A stretch of DNA of 64,000 nucleotides from Lingula anatina. Taxonomy: Eukaryota; Animalia; Brachiopoda. Position numbers and translations under genes: made by a program. A model generated the notes under the pieces. It saw nothing but the letters and a program-made list of their open reading frames with translations. It searched no databases and had not been told where the DNA came from. Position 1 is the first letter of the stretch; each line of letters opens with the position of its first letter. Where the stretch lies: the NCBI GenBank assembly GCA_051362555.1, contig CM120642.1, positions 11,470,001-11,534,000 of the forward strand. The letters run 5' to 3'. Below are positions 12,474 through 23,900 of the stretch, in pieces.

Positions 12474-13490
12474 ACTGGTGTACCATGAAATTCTGACTCC
12501 CCTAAAATGTGACTCGATCCCCAGTCAGATTTCCATAATTTATGAAATTCTGACTCCCCTAAAATGTGACTCGATCCCCAGTCAGATTTCCATAATTTAT
12601 GGAAATCTGACTGGGGAGTCACATTTTAGGGGAGTCAGAATTTCATGATTAATGGAAATGTAACTCCCCAGTCCAATAGTGAAAATTTGTCTCCCCCTGG
12701 GAAATTTTGACTCCCCCCCCCCCCCCCCCCCACACACACACAAAACATTCATAAATTTATTTTATTTGAGTAAATGACTATGATCTTGTAGTATGCATAA
12801 TGGAGGACACATTGGCACTTAAATTTTTGTTTTAATTTTCATGAAAAATATAAAAAATTAAAGATTTGTATTTTACCACACAAGGACTCCCCCTATGAAA
12901 AAGTATTTATTTAACATTTTTTCAACATATTTTCTTTTAGGGTACTTTAGGAAGAATATATTGGATAAGAATAAGAATTTATGAAAGATTAGTATTCTAC
13001 CACCCAATGACTCCCCTATGAAAAAGCTATTAATATTTGATAGATTGAGACAATGGGTGGTAAAATGCACATTTTAGATTTTCTTAATTTTCGTGTTTTT
13101 TTTTTTAATTTTTTCTCACCTAATATTCAACCATCAAACTTTCAAATATTTTCAATATAATCTTCATAAATTAAAATAAAAAGAAAGGTGTAGAAATGAT
13201 CACCCCATATCAAATAAATAGCTTTTTTCAGAGGGGAGAGAATGGGCAGTTAAGTGCAAATTTCATATTTATTTTTTCATGAAAATTTTCACCTGCAAAC
13301 TAAGAAATAGTGCCAATGTATCCCCCATTTTACATACTACAAGATCGTAGTCATATACTCAAATAAATTAAGATTCATGAAGTCTTTTGGAGAGGAGTCA
13401 AAATTTCATGGGGGAGTCAGATTTTCATTATGGTAATTTGACTAGGGGAGTCAGATATCCATGGGAGTCGGGTTTTCATTTTACACCAGT
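12474..13490. mobile_element. Nested ~1-kb foldback element with long imperfect inverted arms
   Basis: Ends ACTGGTGTA...TACACCAGT; arms are rich in TGACTCCCC/GGGGAGTCA subrepeats; 12765-12820 is an imperfect reverse complement of 13310-13365; internal ~57-bp tandem duplication at 12485-12600. Confidence 0.7.
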
Positions 13491-14169
13491 GTTTTCTTGG
13501 TATTATTGGAGATGTTGTCCTTTTACAAAATGATGAGATCAATTTTTTTAAATTGTTTTAGTTACTTTTTCATAAATTGACTAGCTCAGGTCTCCCCTAT
13601 ATTCTATATCAGTAAAGCACCATCTTATGTGGAATTTCCAACTATTACCGTATTTTACTATTTTATATGGGAGGACGCTTGTGGTCGGTTGTGCTAGGTT
13701 GAGGACGATGTTTAGGTACACTGCCACAGCCTCGTTGTGGAATCACCGCCACAGCCTCGTTGTGGAATCCACCTTGAAAATGGCGACCTTGACCCGATTA
13801 CTACCTCGAAGGGTGTATCACCAGAAAATTCAATAAAACTTCTTTCTGGTATGAAAGTAAGTTTATTTTTACTATGCAAAACCCAAGTGCGATCTCATAG
13901 AGGTTTGCCATGCGTCCATTTCGGTCCATTTCTGCCCATTTCGGTCCATTTCTATCCATTTCGGTCCATTTCTATGTTTTAAAGGACCGCTAGTCTATGT
14001 ACAGTCTACACGACTGACTCCACCTCCAACTATAATCCGCATATTTTATAAATTATTAGCTTATATTATTAAAATTGGTATGGAAATACGATATGAGCAC
14101 AATGATTTAACATATATTAAAACCATTTGTAATATGAATAAAAATAATTTGCTACCGCTTCGTACTCAC

Positions 14170-14608
14170 AGCTAGCCAGCTGCACATAGAAGTGGGTCAA
14201 GGTTGCTTGATGAAGATGACCAATCAACGTATGAAAAACAAGCGCGAGACTTTTTGCCATTGCACCTCGCCGGAAGCTGCGAGATGGATCATTCGCAATG
14301 TGTTAAACAGTGAAAGTACAATTAAAAAAGATTTGTGCTTCTTTTTCTGACCTTTGGTGACTTTTAATTTTTTTAGATAATGCTTATCGCCTTTTAGCAA
14401 CAAAAGTATAACGGAATTGCACCATAACAAGTGCTTGAACTATTTTCTTCAATATTTTGCGGGAAATATCTATCACTACGCCAGGTTCTCAAAATGGCGG
14501 ATTGTTACCAAGATAAACTAGAGGATTAGCCGTGGAATTTTAACGTATTTTTCACTTTCTGTGAAACAGCACCATTTGATTGATCTTGCAGCAAATTCCA
14601 GGGTAAGT
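14170..14608. promoter_or_regulatory. Bidirectional promoter and non-coding first exons of TRAPPC2 (-) and PCM1 (+)
   Basis: Local CpG enrichment; ETS-like CCGGAAG (14270), GCGCGAGA (14242), YY1-like CAAAATGGCGG (14490); divergent donors GTGAGT (minus, 14169-14164) and GTAAGT (plus, 14603). Confidence 0.65.
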
Positions 14609-14962
14609 TCCGACTTATTTGCATTTCGTTATATTGTTGTTGTTTCAATATTTCTTGTACGTAAGTTGATTGACTAGGCGCTAATCGCGTCACGATTGAT
14701 TTACTGAGTTCAGACATCGAAGTTGCACTTAACTTAAAACCGTTTTTCATTGGTTTGACTCCCCCTGTGCAGTGGAAATTCTAATTTTTAATGAAATGCT
14801 ATGTTTACTTGTACAACATTTTACAAACCGAACCTAGTCAAAAGTCGTGACATATAATTTTTTAAAGTGACAATTTACTAATAAGTGGATTGTGCAAAGA
14901 AAAAAATCGAAGTTTGAATGAATTATGTAATATTTTATATGAAGATAATGCTCTTTTTTAGA

Positions 14963-17900
14963 ATGGCTACAGGAGGCATTCAAATGGCCCGCAGTTCTAG
15001 GTCAGAACCTCGGAGGCCTGCTGCTTACAGGTCCCTGAATTTGACAGACAGGGATGATAAATCTAGTGCAAGCAGTGCTTTAGTTGAAGATAGACCAAAT
15101 AACTGGGTGAGTCTTAGTGGTACATCTTGGGTGGAAACCTTAGATAAGTCATATGTTAATTATGTAAACAATCATGTCAGTTATTAAAATGGTACTGCAA
15201 AAACTGTCAAATAGATTTTTTACTTTTAAAATGAATATCTGTATCATCTGTCTTGCAGAATCTTAACCACACTGTTTAAAAGGTTTTACCAGATAATCAT
15301 GCAAATCAGATTGTTTCCATCATATGTTGCAGGATTTCTCTGACTGGAGACCAGGAGGTGCTCCTTTTGACCAGAGCAGAGTGAGAGCCAAGAAGGGGAA
15401 TCCTGAGAGAGAAAAAGAAAAGGAACAGTCACTTTCACTGGAGTCAACACCAGTTCATGAACAAAAGCACAGGACTCCCTTCACATTTCCTCGTACCAGG
15501 ATCACAGCGAGTACTCCTGCCTCACAGAGAGTTGCTCTGGAGAACTTGAAACAGCAGCTTACTTATAGTGATGCTGAAGAGGTAAGGTCTTGATTCCCTG
15601 GGAGAGCTTGAAACAGAAATTACCTTGAACTCATATTTTGGCAACAGTTATGTTGATGGTGTTTATGATGAGTTTCATGTAAACTTAGAGATAAGGAAGT
15701 TATTTTTAACTTATTTTAAGTTTAGAAATAACCTTGTAGCAGAGAAAAATGACCAGAAGAAAGTTGATTTAAAAAGCAATACTCATTTTATTTAGCAACA
15801 TAGCATGCTAAAAAACTTAAAACAAAAGTTATCAGAGATTTGTAGTGGTGATTTTACAGTGTCATGAACTTTAATCTGCACAACTTTTATCATTTGTTTT
15901 GTAAACTTACTAGACCAGCAATAAGCCCCTTGATTGCATAAACATTGATATGCTTGCACACCTTGCAGTGATTAATGTAATTCTTGTATATAGCTTGTAT
16001 CTTTTGAATTTTAGTCAAATGAGTTTTATCATCAAGTTACTGAAAAGCTAGTCAATTTTTTAGAGATATTAAGTACAACATAATATTTTAAAATAAAAGA
16101 GGTTATTTACATCATTAGGTGGATGTGTATTTGCCATGTAATTGTGAGCTTAGGGTTTTATCTTATACCCCAATGTAACTTGTATTTTGAGCTGTACTCT
16201 TTTCCAGAGCAACCGAGTCTTATCTCTTAAATGTGATAAAAGCATTGATATATTTTTCTTGATTGGGATTTTTTCATTGAACAGATAAGTACAGATGGTG
16301 AAAGAAACAATGAAAGACATGTCCCAATCCGTCGTGAGAATCCCTCCAACTATTTGCGCCAGGAGATGTTTGGAAGTGATGGAAACAAGAGGAGAACCAT
16401 TTCTGGTTCCACTCACACCAGCAACACGTCCAACCTGAACACTAATCCCAATGCAGAGGAACCGGTAAGTTGAAACTCTGACAACTTCTCTACATCAGCT
16501 CTTTTGTTTGAAAAAAGGATTACTGAGAGTACTTCAAATATATAAATGACTGGATTATACAACAATCTTTTTTTTTTCTTTTTTTTTTTTTTTTGCAATC
16601 ATTTTTAGGTTCATTGGTTTACTTTTAGATGTATGAAAATTAGAATAAGCAAAGCAAACCATTCCCTGTTTATTAGCATTTTTAACACAATACTTATTGT
16701 CCTTTATATTTTATGTATTTTGAAAAATATTTTATGTCTGTTGTATTGTATTGTCAATATTTCATAAAAAATTCTTCATCATTCCTTATAGCCTGACAGT
16801 AACCAGATAGTGAGTCGTCTTATGCAAATCAGAGACTACCTCAAACAGGCCAACTCCATGATAGACTCTCTCCAGAACTCATCAGATACGGTAAGTCAGT
16901 GAATGTGACATATATTGATATATAGGTATTGTCCTTATAAATTGAGAGCTGTTTGTTTTGACATTTAATTTGAAATGAGTTTGAAGAAAGACCTTAAAGA
17001 TGTTAAAAGAAAAATAGTCCTGTCACTTATGAATTTAACTATTGAATGTTAGCCTTGTTTACTATAAGCAGCATTGTCATGATTGGCCCCTGATTACAAT
17101 TACTTCTCTTTTTTGTTAATATAATAGATCTTTAAAAGTAACTTTATCACCACACCTATCTTTACTTATTACTTTTAATTAAAGGGTTTTTTATGCTGCT
17201 CTCAGATATGTTGTATTATATCATGTTCCATATAATGCAAGTTCTGATTGTAGGATGATTTCATGAAGTTATGCTCCTTGCGCCGATTAGTGGGAGAGCT
17301 GAAAGAACAAGAGCAGGAACTTCTCAATGTCATGCTTATACTTTTGGTCTGTGTGATGTCCTTATAAGAGTATTTCTCTTTGGTCTTCAGTGTTGAAGTT
17401 GTTTCATTAACCTTGAAGGCTTGCAGATGTCTTTAATAACAGCAACATTTCAAATAAATATGTCTAGAGCAAAGGGGGGTGGTGGCTGTGAACTCTAAAT
17501 TAGAACTGTGTTGAGTCAGTAGGTGAGTCATGACATTCTTGTTTCGTAATGTCAATATAGACAAGAAGCACACACAAAATAATATGTACAACAAAGAACT
17601 ACATATTTGGCTTTTTTGGAGCACATTATAGTCCTGGCACTCAGCTATTGCATGCCTTGATTCAAGTGTGCATTAATAATACTCTGATGGCTAAAGGAAT
17701 GCAATTTAAAATGAGGACATTCATTAGCCCTGCACCTGTACCATGTTTAATGGGCATATTTGGATTAAAAAAAGGCCATAATATAGTTTCAGAATGCTCA
17801 TATTATTGTGAGTTTACCTCTTGTTTGTCCATATTCAAAGAGACAAAAGGAGTCATGTACCTACTCAACTTATTTCTAGTTTGGGAGTTCATCCTGCTTG

Positions 17901-20900
17901 TAGACACATTGTTTTATGTTTGATTTTGAAAAGGTCCACCGAAAATTTGTTGTAACAAAATGAAGGAGAATACATTGGATATGAAAATACCAATTTGATA
18001 AAAGATGCATGCTAGCCTTCATTCAAGTTCCAGCAAGCCTGCGGAGTGTGCTCTAGGGAGCAAGTCCAGAAAACTGCAGTTTAAGGTATATCTGTTGATA
18101 TTTGTGTTTATTGTCATTAACCTGGTATTTGTTCAGTGTTCCTGTTGAATGTTTATATTTACTGTCACAGCAGGAAGCTAGAGAACAGATTGGGAAGTTG
18201 AATAGACTTGTGGATCACCTGAGGGAGCAGGAGAAAGGCTACATGGGCCTGTTGCAAAGAATGCTGGTAAGTGAGGTTCACATTTAATTTTACAATTATA
18301 GACCTGCTCATATTCCTTTGCTCTGCAGAAATATGAAAAATATTAAATAATAAATTTAAGAAATATTTAAACCTTTTTATAATGATATGAAATTAGTTTC
18401 ATTAATTCAGTGTTATAAGAGTTAAGTAATAAAATGTCTGAATTTTCCCTTAAAATGCTAAAAGCTTGTGGTATTTGTAGATTTTACTTTCTGTGTATGG
18501 TTGTCTTATTTTGTCTTGTTACATGGTTCTGGACATTTCTGATATTTAATATATGAAGGTATATGGACTCTGTACATGCCATGCATGTGATTTCAGGCTG
18601 CTCGTGAGGAGGGATTGGGAATCAATGGTGCAGTAGGAGGTGGCTCTGGGGAATCCGGCAACTCCAAGGTGGAATCTATAGCAGACAGCACTTCCATTGA
18701 TATTGATATGCAGTCTGATATCTCGGAGGCCACAACAGTAAGCCACTGGTTTATGCATGCTCTCATAGTTTGCATGTGTTAAGGAATTTTCACGTGCTTG
18801 TGGATGCATGCTTTGAATTGAAAGTTGTTGATATGTGCACAATGTGAAGCTATTTGAGTTTCAAGAGTTGGCATACCAAAATATCCCATTTTTTAAAGCG
18901 AGCAGAATGAGTCTTATCGTGACAGAAGGTGTGGAGTACTTGACTTGTTTTGAAATACTATTAAAGCGCAAAATCATGCATTGATTTCTTTAGCTTTAAT
19001 GCTGAATGTAATTAGAACATTGTTTATTTTCCATCATATTTTGATTTAATTTAACACCTTGTGTCAAACATATGTAGGTCTATTTTTTATTGAAGTTATT
19101 GATTTAACTTTTGTGGCATATAAAAGTCACCTTGAGTAAACTGTTGACTGTGTAATTTATGAAGATGATTGGAAGGTCATCCATTTGAAATTAATGTAAA
19201 GATTTTACCGTGAAATTTTTGGCTAGTCTTACTTTGCCAATGCCCATGAATTATGATATTTGAAAAAGTCATTAAAAGTACTTGTCAATTTACTAACAAG
19301 GCAGAACATGTCAGCCACACTTTGACCTACATATGAAGATCTGCTTTCCACCTTTGCTCCTGTAGGACCGTTCCTTCAATGCATTCACGCGACCTAAAAT
19401 AGAGGACCATCTTATGACCTTCTCAGAGATGGAGGACAACGAGCCTTTAAGTGCCCGTAGTCACATGTCCACTGATAGTACTCAATCCCTGCCGCATATA
19501 GACGTGGAACAATTCTTCGACAGGGATTCAGGGTCACATAGTTTAGAGGTAGGGGGGTCTCTTCCTTGGGGATAACTTTGACACAGGGGTGATTGCCCTC
19601 CCTGTATATACAAAATGTTTTGACACTTTTTGGCTGTTCATCTAAAATATCTGTGTATTTCTCATTTGAGCACAACGAAGCTGAGACTAAGCACTAAAGT
19701 AGTTCTTGTAGTTACACTACAGCATTTGTGTTATATTTTGTTTTCGTTTATTTATATTTTATTAGATTTCGATTTTGGGTATTTGTATTGGGCATTGAAA
19801 GCTTCCTACATAGCAAGGGACCTTGCTTGTGAAATGCTTGCTCTTTTCTACTGTGGCCATAGTGTTCCCGCCCAGAATTTCAAAGTACCCATGGTGACTA
19901 CATCTTTCACGATGAGTACTCTTGAAAATCAGGGTTCCATATTGGATTTACAAATTGTTCAAGTTACATATCTCCTATACTACACCTCTTACTAATGCAC
20001 CTTGGGGATCCCGTGGTTCTTCCTTCTTTGCACTAAGGGTTCATGGTGAACAAATTGTAGTAAAAGTCACCCCTGTATGTCAAAAAGGTTACCCCCAGCT
20101 AGAGACCTTTTATTATCTTGGATATTCTTATGTGATGTATGTTATAGATTTCCTAGCTGCGCTGTTCAGCTAGATATTTGATTTAATGTGAATAGCTCTG
20201 AGTGACCTGCAGTACTTTGGGTGACTCTTACTGCATGTTGAGACTGAAGTAGCTTGTTCTCGCTTGCATGTATTTTATTTATATTTCTTTTTATGATTTT
20301 TTTTGCTTGTGAGATGTTAATCATGTGGATGGAGAGTAACTGCTGTTATATTCACTCTTATGGAGAGATCCCATAAACCCAGCTTACTAGCTGAAATGAT
20401 GTAACTGTGCCAGGATTCTCATTTTAGAAATTGCATTCATTGTAAGCAGCCTGAATGTCTGGCAAGCCTACTCAAGCTGCTAAGAATTATTAACAAATTA
20501 TTCAAGGGGGTGTGCCAGACAATTAAGCTGAATATATTGAAAGCACTTTAGTGAGAAGCCCTTCAGAGGTTCGATGGATCCAGCTGGCACGATGGGTTTA
20601 TGGGAATGCAGTCTTAAAGATGGGGGGGTAATAAATGTAATTGGTGGCCATGAGAAAGCTTATTTGCTTATTTTAGTACAGGAAAAGAGACAAGATGTGC
20701 TCTGTTTGTAATTACTTAATATACTTCTTTTTCACAAATATTGAAGTGGCTGTGCTGCAAAAAATGACTTAAAGAAATTTGAGCTTGAAAATTTTCTGTG
20801 TGACTGCTGTGTGCAATAATTATAGCTTTACTGGACAGGATAATCAGTATAAACATCTTAGGTGAAACATTTCAACTCCTAGGAAATACTGTTTAAAATT

Positions 20901-23900
20901 TAATGAATTTTAAATTTTTTAAAATTGATGTCTTAAATATAACCTTATCTTGGACAACAACAAAACCATTTTAGATGATTCTCTGAAACTTGCTACTGAG
21001 AATTCCCATCATTTGATACCTACATCATTTCAGTCTCAAGACTCTAGATTACAAGACTCTGAGATACAAGCACTTCGCCACCAGCAAGAGTTGTTGAAAA
21101 AACTGCTCTACCATCAGCAACAGGTATATTTATGTGTAATCATATATTTATACAGCTGTAGTATATAAAACATTATATTGCGTTTTCAGTCCCAAGACCC
21201 AAGTCTGCAGACCTCAGAACTGGGAGCTCTGAGACAGCAGCAAGATCTGTTGAAAAAGCTCCTGACTCAACAGCAGCAGGTAGTCTACTGCATGGAGTCT
21301 CACCGAGCTTGCTTTCTTCCTCATGTCTAGCTTGTTATTTTAACTGTTATTCCTTGCTAGCCTCATCCTGTTAAAGATAGTTCCCTAAAGTTGTAATAAT
21401 TTATTCACTTTTGTTAAAAAAGCATGTTGTTGTTGTTTGATTTTTTTTCTTTTCTTTTTTTTCCTTTTTGGTAGATTTATCTTTGGTATGGCTCATAATT
21501 TTGGTTTAAGTTGAATATTATATTAGTGTACTGTTGTATGATATATTATCTTGAAAACAGTGATTTTCGTTTATCAGATTGCTTGACTTTTTAAAAACTG
21601 CTTGACTGTCTAAATATTTTCTTGACGTTCCTTCTGACTATGCAATCCTTTGCAGATTTAAAATTTGTTTTGAAGTAAATTTTGCTTATTTATCAATTCC
21701 AAGTTGACACAGTGGCTTTTTTTATTTGGGCATACCAGATATGACTATCAGTAATGTCCAGTAATGTCAGTAATGTCCAGCCCATCTTTTCAGCTAAGAG
21801 ACTTACAGGACAGACAGGCAGGATTGCTAAAGCAGCAACAGGAGGCAGAAAAAAGACTGTCAGAAGTCAAAGAGAGTCAAAGTATGTTTTTTTTTTCATT
21901 TATTCTCTGACATACATGAAATACTGTTATGAAATACATAATGACAATCAATGAATGACGTAACAAGGTATTATTTGGAAATGAAATATGAAAAGTTTAG
22001 GACAATGTTTACATTAATACTGACATTTAAAAGAGATGTTTATAGAGCAAACACTGTTGAAGTCCGCATTCAAACATATTTTTAACTAGTGTAAAGCTGT
22101 TTTATTTTTTGTTTAAAGTGTAACCCTTCAATGGGTATGAAAATACCAAATTGTAAGATGCCATAATTACCACATGTTTTGTATTCCCAGTGCGCCATGC
22201 AGCTGCTGCCACTGCCATTGACTCTGACCAGGAAGGTTCCCTGGAGAGAACACTGACAGCAGATGGCACCAGCAGGTTCCAGATGCTGAGGAACAGACAG
22301 GAAGAGTCCCAGGATGAGTCAGTATCACAGTCAGAGCAGTCAGAACAGGAGGAGGAGGAAGAGGTCGATCCTGAGGTGGTGCCAGAGGAATTACAAGCTT
22401 TACGCCAGAGACTTAGCTACCTGAAGAGCCTCTATGAGAGACAGGATGATATGGTGGGTTGATAAGAAATTTATGTGAAGAATTATTTTAAAGAATATGT
22501 TCTTTTATTTGTAAGAAGATTGCAAAAAAAGCACAGCAGAAGCAAGTGATTTTGAGAACTTGAAAAATGATGCTGATTACTAATATACTTAAGAAGCCCC
22601 TTGAATCATGAACCAATAACTTATTTTTTTGTGTAGTAGTAGACCTGACCTTTAAAGCACAGTGTTATTATATTATTCATATTATTATACCAAAATTTCA
22701 GCATTATTATTGTGGCAGTTGATGATGATGTGTTTGTATTTCCAGACGGACTCAGTCAACCTGTCAGCAGACGAGCAGTCCATGTCCCAGCAGTCAGTGA
22801 CTGGGTCAGAGATGACCCCCACTACTAAGGACCGTAAGCAGTTGAAGGGCAAGCTGCAGGAACTCCAAGATAAGAAGCAGAAAATGGACAGACTTCTCTT
22901 GGAGCTGCAGAGTTTAAGGAGCCAAAGAGATCAGATGAACAACGGTATGCTGCAGATTGAATTTCTCATTAAAGGAAAGGCTAAACAAAAAGCATGTAAA
23001 TGCATGTGGCAAACTTTATAGCTATTTGTTGAGTTTAATTTCAGCATTGTCATTGAATAGCAAATATACTTTTTACAGTTCAACTTGTACTGTAACAGTC
23101 CAGTCATGTCATTATGGAACTTTTTTGAAAGTTCCCTGTAAAAATCACATGAAAACATTTGTTACAGAAGTGGAGACTGGAAGCACCACCTCATCCCAGA
23201 TTCGTATTAGTCAATCCATTGCAGCCACAGCCAGTGCCAATGAGACAGCTAATGAAGCCAATGACATGCTGGAGATGCTGGATGCCAGGCATAAACTCAA
23301 GTGAGACTCCTTATAGCATTATCCCTCCACTTTCAGCCACAAGATGTGCAACTGTATTACAAATTAAAGAAAAAAAAGAGAATTTGTTTATTGTTATTTA
23401 AATAAAAGTAGGTATTTTGATTAAGTGAAATATTGTTATTATTAAATAATTGAAACATCACTGAAAAATGTGATCTTATTTTACACTTAAGAAATAACTT
23501 TTGTTTTGTTACTAGGAAGCTTCAAGAAGTTCGAGGACGCCTGAACCAACTGCGTGACTTGGTCCAGTACTACCAGACGGGAAGAGAATTCATCCATGAA
23601 GATGGTGGGGAGGATGAGGATGCCTCTTCCCTTCCTGCATTCAGTGACTATGAGGACCCTGAACTGATGAAGAACCTCAAGTAAGTGCAATTTTCAGTGC
23701 TTAAAGATCTAATATTTTGTATAAGTCTTTGTACCAGTTATCCCTCTCCTCCTTTTGGATAGCTATTAAGATACACTTTTCTTTTTCTTTGTGCAACTGT
23801 TGATGATTTGTTCACAGGAAATTCGCCACAAAAATAACTTTATTCTCTGAATTCAATTCCCTGTATTTCTCAGTGAGAGGTAATTTTTTGCTTGTAGGAA

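Larger units (their letters stand above)
8076..13989. mobile_element. Non-autonomous DNA transposon with ~240-bp TIRs and 8-bp TSD (MULE- or Merlin-like), in TRAPPC2 intron 1
   Basis: 8076-8322 is a near-perfect reverse complement of 13753-13989. Each TIR holds a GAAATGGACC-type 10-mer array (7 units left, 6 right). Flanked by the direct repeat CTAGTCTA (8068-8075 and 13990-13997). No intact transposase ORF. Confidence 0.9.
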
